From: Blepharisma stoltei ATCC 30299 | Taxonomy: Eukaryota > Protista > Ciliophora | DNA length: 64,000 nucleotides | Assembly: GCA_965603825.1 (NCBI GenBank) | Contig: CBFDEM010000056.1 | Coordinates: 310,001-374,000 of the forward strand | Reading direction: 5' to 3' | Shown here: in pieces, positions 1 through 12,580 of the stretch | How positions within the stretch are numbered: position 1 is the stretch's first letter | Layout of the letters: the number at the start of each line of letters is the position of its first letter | The notes under the pieces: model-generated | What the model was told of the DNA's origin: nothing | The model's database searches: none | What the model saw: only the letters and a program-made list of their open reading frames with translations | Translations under genes and position numbers: made by a program

Positions 1-1816
1 GTTTAGGTGATTCTGCTAGATTTGGTTCTATAGGAAATGAATATTTTAAAGGTCCATCTAGTGTTGAGTTTTTATTGAGATCTAATTCATTTTCCAGTAA
101 GTTTTTTTGCAAAATATTATTTTCTATGACTGGGGAAATAATTTGAGGGGAAGACTCAATGGATTCCTTCATCGAATCTAAATTTTCTGTTTTTGAGGTA
201 TTGCAAAATAAGTTATCAATCATTTTGCAGGGCGAGAATACAGAAGCTTCATTACCAGGGCTCTTAATATTAGAGTCTGAAATAGCTAAAAGATTTGTTG
301 GTTCTTGGTCAACATTATATAAATTTGAGTTTACTTTACTTTCTTCTAAGACTTGCTCAGAATAAGATGAATTATTTTCTTTTAAACTTTGATTGCGCTC
401 TGAAAAAAGAACTACTTCCAAAGAGCATTTTTCAGAATTTGGCTCATTTTCAGTGATAAGCCTAGCATTCTCTTTAATACCTACTGATTTTTCACAAATA
501 GCCTTGTTTTGTTCAGCTATGTCAATCCTTTTTTCATTTTTTTCTATGGTATTAAAAACTAGATCATTACTATTTTGGCTCTTTTCTTCTTTCGCAATTG
601 TATTGGAGACTTCATTTTCTGCATCAGACTTTTCCGGAAATATAAATTTATTAGCTTTTGAGCTAGGATACAATACTGGCTCTTCTATTGCAGAGGCTTT
701 GAAAATTGCTTTAGAAGCTTCTTCAATAGGTTTCTCAGACAATTCAGACTTCCCGAGGTCTTTTTCGCAAAATTCTGCTATTAATAATTTGTTATCTTCC
801 TCATTATTTTTATTCTCTTTTTCTTTAGATTTAAGCACAGAATCCTTATCTCTCTTGTCTTCAGAGCTATCTTGCAAAATGGCCATATCTTGAGAAAAAT
901 CGGGATCTATTCTTTCTTTTTCCTCATCATAGAAAGTTTTTTGTACTTCTTGATTATTTGATATAGCGTTATTAATTGAACTTGTGTTGCTAATCCATGA
1001 TCTTTCGAAAACTCTTGGCGTATCTGCATTTATTTCCCCAGGATATGAAGCAATAGGCCTATCAAGTGAAGTGTACACAGATAAATCTTGATTAGAGCTT
1101 CTGTCAATTTTAAAGCACTCAAAAGAAGGTTCCTCCTCAAAAAAAATTTTTTTTGGAGTCTGATTTAAGTTTTCCTCAGTTAGGTTAATAGGTGTAACTA
1201 CTTCTTCTATCTCAAAAGTTTCAGGGATTTTGTCAGGCTGCTCATTTTCTAACTTTATTATGCCTCCATTGCTTTCAAATACTCCTGCCCCTTCAATAGA
1301 AAACGAAGGAGCACGGCTGTATAATGAAACTGCAGGTTTCACCTGAGACGTTTCAACTGGTCCAGAATAGGAAAGACTTTTCTTTCAAGTTCGAGATTTA
1401 ACATAGTCACATTTTCTTCTTAAATCCGGATCAACTGGTACAAATAGCGATCTTAATACTTTGCATCAATCATCATGTACTTTTTTGTTTTCTGCATATA
1501 ATATAAATACCCTATCAGTTGTAACCATTTCCAAAGGATAATTAAAGTCACATTTGTCTTTAGTCTTCGGGTTTGGCTCAAAACCAACTATTTCAGCTAT
1601 TTTATATGATTTTTCTGGTATAGCATTGGAGTGACTCTGGGTGTAATAAAAAACTCCATGAATTAAATCGAGCACAAACCATCGTTTTGTGAATTTTGAA
1701 AGGAACCATACGACTTTCTTCTCATGCTTTAGTTTCTTCAAATAGCTCTGCATTATTTTTGGTCCCTGAGTTTTAATTACCTTATAGTGAGGATCAATGT
1801 TGAAGCATTCTGCCAT
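1..1816 (-). CDS. PH-domain protein with long low-complexity C-terminal region (3' end runs off the window)
   Basis: N-terminal PH motifs SYLKK...KRWFVL...FYY; TGA at 1466-1468 sits on the conserved PH C-terminal helix Trp (KKVHDD-W); the frame was open with TGA=W wherever spot-checked (1350-1465 and 1-180). Confidence 0.8.
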
Positions 1817-1998
1817 CTTAATAATGCTAGATTTTACGGAATTTAATATAATAATGATTGCAAGTCCTTTATAGCAGACTCTAGCGCTTTAATAAAAGCT
1901 AGTAATTCACCTTTTAAGTATATAAAGTAGGCTAAAAATCTGTTGATATTATTTTATTTATAACTCAATAAAATTTTATATTTTAATTAAAAATAATT

Positions 1999-3456
1999 AT
2001 GGAAACAGAGCTAGATGGAGCTGCTCTATTGGATGAAAATCTTTGGAAAATCATCGAAAAGAAACTCATGTTCATTAATGATCCTAAACAAGGAAGTAAT
2101 TTTTAATTAGTCCCTGTAAATTCCTCTTCAAATCAAGCATATCAAGAAATTCTATCTCTACATGAACATATGGGTCAAGCTAAATTTGGCACAAGTCAGC
2201 CTTGGAAAGCAGCCCCAAAAGGTTTTAAAACAAGCATCAGTGACAACGAAGGCTTTTTAAGTTTCCAAAGAGAAGTTGACATTCAGCTTGAAGAAATCAC
2301 TCTCCTTCTTGAAAAATTCCAAGAAAAAGTTGAAAATAATGAAGTTGAGTAATTCATATGCAGACAAGAGCAGCTAGCCCAAGATATCCATAAAGAAGAA
2401 GACCAAATTGAGATGATTGAGCAAAGTTTAAATGAAACCACCAATGATTTCAGTAATCGTCAAGAGCATTTTGGATTTGTTTTAAAAGATGCCCAAGGTG
2501 CAATTGACGAAATAAAAAATCTACTGATTCAAGGTCGTGAAAAAGTTACATTAGAGTCTACAGTAAATAAACTTGAAGAAGAGCTTTCACGCGCCCATAT
2601 AGTCATAGATGATCTCCAAACTAAAGAAAAATCCCTTAGCGAGCAGCTTTCCAAGCTTAAAACAGAAAGTGAATCAAGCATAAAGCGAGCCAAATCAGAG
2701 CTGGATGCTTTACAAAAGCAGCATTTCAGCCTTAAAAACGCTTACGATTCTTTGCATACAACTCATTATCAAGTCTCTTCTCAGTCATCAACTGAAATAG
2801 AGACTCTAAAAGCTGAAATAGGAAGGCTTCAGAGGCTTTATGATGCACTAAAAGAAGAACAAATAACAAAAGAAGAAGTCCACGAATCCTTAAAAAAACT
2901 TTTAATCGACACTTCAGAAAGGGCTGACAGCCTTAAAGAGCAGCTTGAGAAGAGAGACCAGGATGGAGAAAGAATGCTCTCAAAAGCAGATATAACGATT
3001 GCTTCACTTGAAAATGAGCTCGTCAAAGTAAAATCGTCATGGATGCAAGATGTGGAACTTTTAAGCCAGGTAAGGCTAGAAAGAGATACTGTACAAACAC
3101 AATATTCACTGCTGGAACAAAAATTTAGCAAGGTTTTACAGGAAAATAAAGCTCTGAAACAAAAAGTGGAAGAGCTTAAGCAGGAGGCTAGGGCAAACTT
3201 TGAAGCCGCAAAAATCCCAGTCACCCCTGATATGAATGTGAGAACTGCAACTGGCTCGGCATCTAGATTGGAAATTGAGTTTCAAAGGGAAATTGAAAAA
3301 ATGAAGCGTGAGTATGAGACTGAAATTGACAAGCTAACAGAAGAGCTGGTGTGGTTTCGAGCCAAACTGGAGTCTGAAAAGCAGTGGGGTCAGCAGCTAG
3401 CAGATAGAAATCAAAAGCTTCAAGAACAACTGGAACAGGTTAGACAGCAAATTTAA
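1999..3456 (+). CDS. Coiled-coil protein; exons 1999-2095, 2111-2348, 2364-3456
   Basis: Removing two 15-nt introns joins ATG 1999 to track ORFs 2170-2352 and 2413-3456 in frame; E/K/Q/L-rich heptad composition. Confidence 0.8.
2096..2110 (+). other. 15-nt spliceosomal intron GTAATTTTTAATTAG
   Basis: GT..AG, A at -6; removal deletes an in-frame TAA and keeps the frame. Confidence 0.85.
2349..2363 (+). other. 15-nt spliceosomal intron GTAATTCATATGCAG
   Basis: GT..AG, A at -6; removal deletes in-frame TAA 2350-2352. Confidence 0.85.
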
Positions 3457-3545
3457 AAACTCTAATGGCAAATGGTTGATTTTATAGTACATAACACTTT
3501 TTCAATACTTTAAATAAGAAGTATATAATTTCAATATATCTAGAA

Positions 3546-4115
3546 ATGGATCCTCAAGAATATGAAATCGAAGAAGACATTGAAGTGGAGGAAGGTGGTG
3601 AAGAACACTTAGAAAATGACTCTTTTAATGGGATGTCTGAAGATGAATTCGAAATTTCTGCTTCAGGAACTTGCATGGAAGACGACTTATTTGATTTGAC
3701 AATTGGGAAGCTAGAAGACATCGTGGTTTCAGATGAGTTCACCTCCATTCAGCAAGGTTTCATGAAGAAGTACAGCTCAGAATTTACAGACGAGGAAGAG
3801 AACAAGTTGATCTATATGGATATTTTCCAAGAATATCTCAGGACGATTGAAAAATACATTGAAACACATCTGGATGTGGATATGAACCATTTTGGAAGGA
3901 TGCTGAGGAACAGACAGGAAGAAATTGATGGCCCACTGTTTGAAATGCTCCTGAGCTTCACTGATTTCACGGTCTTCAAGGAGCTCATGCTAAGCAATAA
4001 AGATAGCGGGTCGCTCCAAGTCAGTGGTCAGAGGTATGCAATTCATTCAGATGAGATGACTGAAGGAGAAATTCGCATGGACTTAGATGGTTTGTGTATC
4101 AGCAAAATCCGCTAA
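3546..4115 (+). CDS. ARL2BP: ARL2-binding protein / BART-domain protein
   Basis: FDLTIGKLEDIVVSDEF...F.KKY..EF...EENKLIYMDIFQEY...IE and LLSFTDFTVFKELML match the BART domain. Confidence 0.85.
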   Translation: MDPQEYEIEEDIEVEEGGEEHLENDSFNGMSEDEFEISASGTCMEDDLFDLTIGKLEDIVVSDEFTSIQQGFMKKYSSEFTDEEENKLIYMDIFQEYLRTIEKYIETHLDVDMNHFGRMLRNRQEEIDGPLFEMLLSFTDFTVFKELMLSNKDSGSLQVSGQRYAIHSDEMTEGEIRMDLDGLCISKIR

Positions 4116-4298
4116 AGTTGTAGCTAAATTTCAAAATAACTAAATTTATAATAACAAATCTAAAAAGGACGCCTCCCTGTATTGAATATCCTTAATATAA
4201 GCAAATTCTGATGGAACTGAATTTCTTCTTCCAATTTAATATCATTTCCATGCTTAAATAAGCTTCATTATACATTATTTATTACGCACTTTACGAAT

Positions 4299-4796
4299 AT
4301 GAAGACCCGCTTAAGGATTTTTGAAAACAAAAAGCACAATTTTTCGTCCAAGTATCAATCAGATGATTTGGATTCTCAGTGCATGGAAACCAAAGAAGAA
4401 AGCGAAATGTCAACCGAGGAATCGCCAATTCATGAAAGTTGCGCCAAAAAAATTCGAAGGAAAAGAAATCGGAAATCTGACTACCAAGTCAACATTCTCA
4501 AAGCCCACTTCGATATGAACACAAATTGGACCAAAGAACAAGTAGTTGAGCTTGCCAAACAAGCTGGACTTTCAGAAGCACAGGTTTATAAGTGGGGCTG
4601 GGATTATAAGAAAAAGTTGCGTCTTGAAGGGAAGTGTGAAAACGACATCAACCTTCAATGTGAAGAAACACTGGCTCCAAGCGTCCTTGATTATGAACTG
4701 TATTTGGTTCAGAAAGACTATCGCAGGTCAGTCACCAGTTGGAATTTTGGAAGTTCGATTGGGTTATTTTCTTCACCTTATAGCCTTTTGGCTTAG
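4299..4796 (+). CDS. Homeodomain protein (ciliate-type)
   Basis: RRKRNRKSDYQVNILKAHF...WTKEQVVELAKQAGLSEAQVYKWGWDYKKK fits the three-helix homeodomain. Confidence 0.8.
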   Translation: MKTRLRIFENKKHNFSSKYQSDDLDSQCMETKEESEMSTEESPIHESCAKKIRRKRNRKSDYQVNILKAHFDMNTNWTKEQVVELAKQAGLSEAQVYKWGWDYKKKLRLEGKCENDINLQCEETLAPSVLDYELYLVQKDYRRSVTSWNFGSSIGLFSSPYSLLA

Positions 4797-4829
4797 TTAT
4801 GTAATTCAAATTTTGAAATTAAATATAAA

Positions 4830-5555
4830 TTACAAATGATGCTTGTTTTCTGTTAGATACAACTTGTGAGAAGTTTTCGGCCTTTTAAATAAGTCAGTAA
4901 TAGTCTTCAGCTGTGAAGGAGTGACAAGACGCTCATGGACCCGAATTCTGGACTCACATCGATTTCAATTGGAATCGTGCAAAAGGGGAAGGGTTTCTTT
5001 GGTTCTCCTTATAGGAGGGGTAAAAACTGGCTCATTTGTAACTAAGAAACTCTGTGTTTCTGGTTTCCATCTTGGGTAAGTCATTTCATCCTCTAGCAAA
5101 AAAACATTGCTAGAAAACCTGTTACACCTATAATTTTGCTTTATTTTCTGCTTTAACTTTTTCGTTTCTTTTTGTGAACCTGCTCCCTTAAAAATTGCTT
5201 TATCAAGCTCTCACCCAGCTTCTCTTAAATTGACAGGTGATAAGCTACTGCCATTGATCCTAAACATTTCAGGTGAAAATATTTTATTTATATTGATCCT
5301 GTTGGGCTTACTCTTAGGAGGAAATTTAGTCAAAATTCTTTTCATCTCACTGCTTTCTGTCTCAGTTTTACATATCTCCGTTCTCTTCCTCAAAAACGAT
5401 CTTTTTTTTGTTGAGAATTTATTGACAGCCTTATTTTCAATTCATTGATATTTTGTCTTTTCCATATCAGCTTGAATTTCGATGTCTTTTAAGTCATCCG
5501 GGTCTTGACTCACAGTTGGAGTCTTAACTAACAATACCTTTTTTATATCCTGCAT
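4830..5555 (-). CDS. Hypothetical basic protein (241 aa with TGA=W); start could instead be ATG 5465
   Basis: Continuous frame ATG 5555 to TAA 4830 with three TGA read as W; includes track ORF 5211-5393. Confidence 0.6.
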
Positions 5556-5568
5556 TATTAATCATTTT

Positions 5569-6384
5569 ATGCCTAGGCATAGTCCTTTATCATTTTATTC
5601 CAGAATCAAGAATGAATCCCCTATACCTGAATACAGGTCAAAATCTGTTCTAAACAGAGAAGTCAATTCAAAAATATTCAAGCTTAATAAAGCACTTTAT
5701 AATGTAAGAAGTCCATCTAACAAAATTAGTCTCCTAGAAAAACTCGCACTCAGAGGAGAAGGGAGCCTAAACGAAGGGAAATTTATCCAGACCCACAGAA
5801 AAGCATTAAGCATGAATGACCAACTGAATGGACATCATAACCTTATTAACGAAGGCAAACAGATTATTAATCTGCCTAAACTGCCTTTTGGGAAGCATAA
5901 TCATTATAACGAAGTCGAAAAATTTTCGAAGCATCATTTTTATGTGCCAAATAAAGTCCCTCCAAGCCGAGCAAAAGATGTAGATGACTATACAAGGAAG
6001 CTGAGAATTTTAATTAAAAAAGGAAAGACTACAAGATTAAGGGAAAAAACAGTGCATGAGACCCCAAATTCAACTTTGACAGATTATAACGTTTATGAAA
6101 CTCGAGCTGGGCTTTTAATGTGCCAGAAAGAAAAAGAGATTATAAAATCTTACGAAACAGAAAAAAACAAGTGGACTGCCCATTTAAGGCTACTACAGCC
6201 ATTTGGCTCAAAAGATGAAGAAGAAGCCTGGAAGAAAAAAGTGAAAGAAAGAATTGAAAAATCGAGGAAACTGAAATTCAAAGGAGATTTAGACGTTTTC
6301 GAGTGTGAGTCTGATAGTGAAGATGTACATTTCAACAAGGAAAAAATTCTACGGCATTTATTAGTGATTGAATCTGATATATAA
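5569..6384 (+). CDS. Hypothetical basic protein
   Basis: 271-aa ATG..TAA ORF; no motif recognised. Confidence 0.65.
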   Translation: MPRHSPLSFYSRIKNESPIPEYRSKSVLNREVNSKIFKLNKALYNVRSPSNKISLLEKLALRGEGSLNEGKFIQTHRKALSMNDQLNGHHNLINEGKQIINLPKLPFGKHNHYNEVEKFSKHHFYVPNKVPPSRAKDVDDYTRKLRILIKKGKTTRLREKTVHETPNSTLTDYNVYETRAGLLMCQKEKEIIKSYETEKNKWTAHLRLLQPFGSKDEEEAWKKKVKERIEKSRKLKFKGDLDVFECESDSEDVHFNKEKILRHLLVIESDI

Positions 6385-6428
6385 TTTTCGCGAAATTTAT
6401 AATTGTAAAGAATCGGAAATAATTCAAA

Positions 6429-7430
6429 ATGGATTTCAGCTCAACCCGAGTAGTTAATAATTGGCAGAGGAAGAGCAAGGATTGTAGCTCTTGCAAGTGT
6501 ATTGATGTTTTAAATCATCAAGCGTGTAATTCAAATTGTTTAGGTGAGTCTAGAAGGGAACAAAATCTTATAGCACAAAAAATCAATTCAAGCTTAAAAG
6601 AGCCTATAGGTGCGACATTATCTCGATCCCTAAATTTCGAGCATGCAAATGTAGAGTCCAGATTGGCAAAGCTCGAATCTGGGATTAATGAATTCAAGCA
6701 AGCTATTTCAAGACAGCTACCTGCATGAAAAGAATTTTCATCCCTTTCAGACAAAGTCCCAAAAAGAGCTCAAAAAGAGAGTAAAATCATCAATTTTGAA
6801 CAGAGAATTAAAAACCTGAATAGCAATTTAGACAGACTTGAATTTGATTTGAGTATAAAGGCAGCTGAGCATTATGATAATTTTGATAGAGCGTCAATTT
6901 TACCTTTGAATGAGTCTGGAAATGAAGAAAAACAAAACTTGAGGGTTTATTATGAAGAATTAAAAGAGCAAAAAAAGGTTTTGGATGAATATGGAATGGT
7001 AAATAATAAGCATCAAGAAGCCATCCAAGGCTTGGTTTCAGTGGATGCTGGGCTCATCAGGAGCATCATTGATTTTAGGAATGATTTTGGGGAGGGGAAG
7101 CAAAGAACAGAGCTCCTGGATGGGCAGCTGAAAAGGATAGAAGAAATACAAAAGTCTCTTGGGGAGAAAATCCAAGTTCAATTAAAAGCATTAAAGGAAC
7201 TAAAAGAGCAAGGGGACACTATGAAAAGAAAGCAAGAATCTATCCAAATTCTTAAAGCCAGCGACCTCATGCATGCTGCAGAAAGCATATTCAAAGGAAG
7301 AAGATACTTGAAAAAATGCCAGGAATTTGCCAAAACTTCTCTTGTTAGTCAGCTAAAGCTTATCAAGACAATTCCAGAGCTCCAATCACGAATAAATAGT
7401 TTTTCAGTAGAGATATCCAGATATCAATAA
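6429..7430 (+). CDS. Hypothetical coiled-coil protein
   Basis: TGA 6726-6728 read as W joins track ORFs 6429-6728 and 6849-7430 in frame. Confidence 0.7.
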
Positions 7431-7554
7431 ATTGTTATTCCTATTGCATAGCTTCCTATTAAATAATCAAAATCCTCTCTGTAGATATTTTCCTTTATTT
7501 CTTGAAAATATTACGATATATTAAAAGGTGGAATTTTAAATCTAAATAGATAAT

Positions 7555-9852
7555 ATGGAAGATCAAGAAGATGACCCAGGAGCAGGAAATGTGCGCGTCC
7601 TCTGCAGATTTAGACCGCTTAATGAAAAAGAGAAACAGATGTCAGACAATATGAATATAGAGTTCCCTTCAGACAATAAGACTGTTGTAGTGAATCAGCA
7701 TATGGAATCTGGAGAACCATTAAAATTTAACTTTGATTATGTTTTCAGTCCCAGGGCTGCTCAAGTAACTGTATATGAAATTGCAGCCAGGCCTATTGTA
7801 GAGGCAGTCATGCAAGGCTTCAATGGCACGGTTTTCGCTTACGGGCAGACATCTTCAGGGAAAACATTCACAATGACTGGCCCAGATTTAGAGGATCCCA
7901 CTATGATGGGGATCATTCCTCGCATGGTGTCAACAGTGTTTTATCAAATTGAAAATGCTGATGAACACATTGAATTCCAAGTGAAAGTCAGCTACTGCGA
8001 AATTTATTTAGAAAAAATAAAGGACTTATTAGATCCTACAAAAAATAATTTAAAGGTGCATGAAGACAGAGCTAGAGGAGTTTATATTGCAGACTTGACT
8101 GAAAAGTCAGTTTATAATCAAGACGATGTGTATGAACTGATGAAAATTGGGACAGCGAACAGAGAAGTAGGGGCAACTAATATGAATGCAGGGAGCTCAA
8201 GATCTCATGCGATCTTTATATTGACTGTTACACAGACAAACTCACAAGATTTCTCCACAAAAGTTGGGAAGCTGTATCTGGTAGATTTGGCTGGAAGTGA
8301 AAAAGTAGGAAAAACGGGGGCAGCTGGCAAGAGGCTAGAAGAGGCTAAAAATATCAATAAATCTCTCACAATGTTGGGGCTGGTCATTACATCACTAACA
8401 GATGGGAAATCAACACATATTCCCTACAGAGATTCTAAGCTCACAAGGGTGTTACAAGACTCTTTAGGAGGAAACTCCAAAACAGCACTTATTGTGACCT
8501 GCTCACCTTCTCCATACAATGAAGCAGAAACCATAAGCACCCTTAGGTTCGGGATCAGAGCAAAATCAATTAAAAACAAGCCAAAAATTAACAGAGAGTA
8601 TACAGTAGCAGAGCTGAAATTAATGCTAGCTAAAGCAAAAGAAGAAATCATTAAGAGGGAAAGAACAATAAGGATGCTTGAAAAAGCACTGGAAAAAAAT
8701 AATATTCCTCTGCCAAATATCAATCTTTCACTGGAAGAAGAAAAATCATCAGATGAAGAGGTAGAAGAAGAAAAAGCGACTAATGCTGAATATCTTGAAG
8801 TTATTGCTGAACTAGAGGATACAAGGACTAAATTGTCTGAAGAAATCGCAATCAAAGCGAAAATGAAGCAGGACAACGATAAATTTATTGATGAGATTGA
8901 AGAGGCAAGGATAGAATATGAAAACTTATTGAAGATGTACAATGAATTAGGTGCAAGAATCGAAGAAATGGAAGAATCAATAAAAGAAAAAGATGATTTA
9001 ATTGAAAAACTAGTTGTCACTAAGGAGTCGTTGGAATCCATCGTAGACGGTTTTAACAACCATCAGCTTGAGCTCGAACAAGCCCTAACCAGTAAGGATG
9101 TCGAAATAAACCAGCTAAAAATTGACCTAAAAATGAGTAAGCCGACAATCTCAAACGATCAGCTTACAGCACTACAATCTCGTCTCCAGGAAACTCAAGA
9201 AGAAAACCATCGTCTAGAACAAGAAATTGAGGCCTTACAAAAGCGAGCCTATAGCGCCTTGCCGAAGCAAGCCCAAAACATTGAGCAGTTTAAAGAAGAA
9301 GCTCTTAAAAAGGAAAGAGACAAATGAAACGATGAAAAAAGAAAACTTATCAGAGAACTCCAAATCAGAGTAGAAACCATCGCTAAGCTGGAAGACGAAC
9401 TTGATGACGCAAAACATAACTATAAAGCTCTAGAAAGCACACTATCAGAAGGAGAAAGGACGTTAAAGAAAAAGAGCGACATATTGGAGAGGAATTTGGA
9501 GCAGCTGACTTTAATGTACCATCAATTGGTATCAGAAAAATCTAAATGGACTGTGGAGAAAAAAGTCAGTGATAGGAAAAATCAAAGGCTGACAGAAAAA
9601 GCAAAGGCACTTGAGGACCAGATAAAAAGCGAAAGGCAAAGATTTGAGCAGCTTGATTTTCAATTGAAAAACGTGAGTGAAGAACTCGAAGAAAGAAAAT
9701 CAGTTAGACCTACAATTGGAAATGGCCCAGCTAGAAATATCAGAAAAACAATCAGAGGAGGTGGAGCCAAAGGAGCAGACGGCAGCAGTACTCCTGGCCA
9801 TAATCGTTACTTCTCAATGGTGAATGAAAATCCATTTGAACGAAATAATTAA
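7555..9852 (+). CDS. Kinesin-1 (conventional kinesin heavy chain)-like motor
   Basis: P-loop GQTSSGKT, SSRSH, LVDLAGSE, HIPYRDSKLTR; TGA 9325-9327=W continues into the tail with LERNLEQLT..YHQLV and the IAK-like IRKTIRGGG motif of kinesin-1. Confidence 0.93.
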
Positions 9853-9924
9853 TTAGAAAATGTGAAGAGTATATACTTTTCCCATAATAAATCTTAACTT
9901 TTTAAGAGAAAAAAGTTATAAACC

Positions 9925-12444
9925 TTATTTTACATTAAAGACATTTTTGTTGATTATGTGATTTTCTTTGTTGAGATACTCTATACAGTTATATTTGGCT
10001 GCTTCCTTCTCTGCAGCTTCATAGTATTTAAATGCTTCTTCTAAGTCCCTGTAAAAGTAATAAAGTTCAGCTTGGTGGTATAGAACTTTGACTTTATATA
10101 AGTCAGATGTGCTTGGGATTGGAGAAAATGATTTAAGGAAGCCTGAAATTTCAGTTAATTTTGTTTGTTTTCTTTCATCCTTTAATTTCAGTCGTTCCAG
10201 TTGGTATTTTCCTAAAAAATAGTATAGCAGAGGGCTGGGGTTTGGCCTTTCGATACCTTTTTTGAGGACTTTTATGGCCTTAGAGATACAGGTTCTTAAA
10301 TAGGTTTTTGCTTCCATTATGTCAATCGAATCAGAAATTCCTATTGGTCCATAATATTTCCCACAGAGATTTCACAGAGAAGATGGTTTCAAAGATAAGC
10401 ATGAGCTATGGCTTGCTTTTACAATTGAATAATTTTGTTTCAGTTGAGATATGTAATAAAGAGGGTGGAAATTGTCAATTAAATCTTTATCATCTTGGCT
10501 TCCACTAGATTTGACCTGCTTCTCTCTGAATTTATTTAGCTTGAAAACTCTCATTCAATTAATAAAATATCCTTCAAATCGATATTTTGAGACCAATAAA
10601 GACTGATGCAAAGCCAAGCTTTGAGGCTTCTAAATAACTCTTACTTCAACCAAAATTGCTAATGCTTTTCCAATATATTCGTCGAATTCTTCTATCTTTC
10701 TTACAATGCTGATATCCCTAGACCCTTTATAAATTGCCTCAATGCATTGTTTAATAAACTGCAATTTTTTCAGAAATTTATTTATGGACCCTTCTTTTGC
10801 TGTATCTTTTTTCTCATATTTTAACGCATATTTTGCTATTGAGGATGCTGTGAAATGTATTCCGTTAACTCGGTAAAGCTGAAATTTTCAAAACTACATA
10901 AAAGTTACCAAGGCATAAAACAGATAATTATTCAGCTTGAATCTTTCTAAATATTTCACAACTGTCTCAATGCAGTTTCTCACTAAGTGTATAGGCAAAT
11001 TCAGAGAGTATTTTATAGAGGTTCTTGCATATTGATAATAGCTTAAAATATTTGTGGCTGATGGTGGCATTTCTTTTAGCTGCCTGAGCTTTCCTGAAGT
11101 TTTAATATAGCATGAAGTAACAATTGATAATGAGTCTTCAGATAAAGGAAAAGATTTTAGCAAATTGCACATGGCTACGATTGCTTTGTACTTGTCATAA
11201 TTCTTATAGTGTCTATATAGTATTAAAAATGCCAGCATTCCTATGTCCTCACCAACTTGTAAGCATAAATTAAACTTCTCAACAGCAGTATTCTCTAGGC
11301 TTGAGTCACCAGTTTTATACATAATAAATGCAGAAACAAGTTCCTCGTATTTGCCAATTCTAAGCTGCTTTAAAGCACTAATGCTTCTACTATATCCAAA
11401 TCAGGAAAAATAAAAAATATTTAAGATGCTCCCAATTTCGCTTAAAATTTTCATAGGTCCTTCAACGAATAAATTTGAAAAATTTTGAATAATTTTTGGC
11501 TTTTTCTTGGATTTTTCGTAGTCTATCAATGATAGCCAGCCTCTCCATAAGTCTAACTCTGGGGAGTCAGAAATTTGCTGCGCTGAATCTATTTTAATTT
11601 CAGCTTCTGAAAACTGGCAATTAATAAGCAGCAAGGGGATAAGCTGTAGCAAAACCTTATGTCGATCTTGAAGCGCTAAATTAGATGATAAGGCAATTTT
11701 TAAGGAATCTAGTTTTAATTTGAGGGCAGTTGCTCTCGGTGTGATTCCTTTTAAAGAGATGCCGAATCCTAATAGTAAAATATCAAAAATCAAGAAATCT
11801 GACTCGAAATAGTTGTCTAAGACAGGTAATGAAACTTTTAAATCTGTATTTTCAGAGTCAAACAAAAGATCTTTTCAGCAGCTTTCTGTTGAATTTGGAT
11901 TAATGATACTTGCTTCATTATTTTCTATTACATAACTGCCAATATTTTGTGTTTTTTCTCTATACCATAGCCTGTCCTTTCTATCTTCTCTTTTAGCACT
12001 CCTTGCATATTTTCCTTTACTTTTATCATTTATTGACCTTTTATAATCTCGATTTATCCATAAAATAAACTCTTTTATATTTCTTCAAGCAAGATTCCTT
12101 GATCACTGAACCCATAAAATTTCAAATTCAGTTGGGTTTTTTATTTTATCAACAATCTCAGAAAATTTTGGGTTGCTGTGATCTTTTATTCTAGCTGATA
12201 TTTTAGGAAAGTCTAATAAAGGAGATCTATCTGGAGAGATATTGCAACTGTGGCCTGATATGACGTCGATGGCTGAGTTTGGCTCTGTTTCAAAACTGTT
12301 GGATAAATTATCAGATTTTGCTTTGAATGTTTCAGCTGTTTCAGAAGGATGAAAGCTATTTGATAAAGAAATTTCTGTTTTTAGCTCATCAATGCTCATT
12401 CTTTTTTTTCTTTTCAAACTTTTCTTGTTTTCTAAAGATTCCAT
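9925..12444 (-). CDS. Large alpha-helical (TPR-like) protein with two 15-nt introns
   Basis: Five same-frame track ORFs joined by TGA=W and introns 10894-10908 and 10630-10644; C-terminal LYHQAELYYFYRDLEEAFKYYEAA is TPR-like. Confidence 0.7.
10630..10644 (-). other. 15-nt intron GTAAGAGTTATTTAG
   Basis: GT..AG, A at -6, removes in-frame TAG. Confidence 0.8.
10894..10908 (-). other. 15-nt intron GTAACTTTTATGTAG
   Basis: GT..AG, A at -6, removes in-frame TAG. Confidence 0.8.
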
Positions 12445-12580
12445 CTTAACATAATTACAAATTCAGATACCATCACAGCTTGACTATTAATCCATAAAAA
12501 ATTAATAAAAATACATATTAAGCTTTTCTCGATAATTAATACATGAATAGTAAAAAATTAACACTCTTTGCACATTTTAA

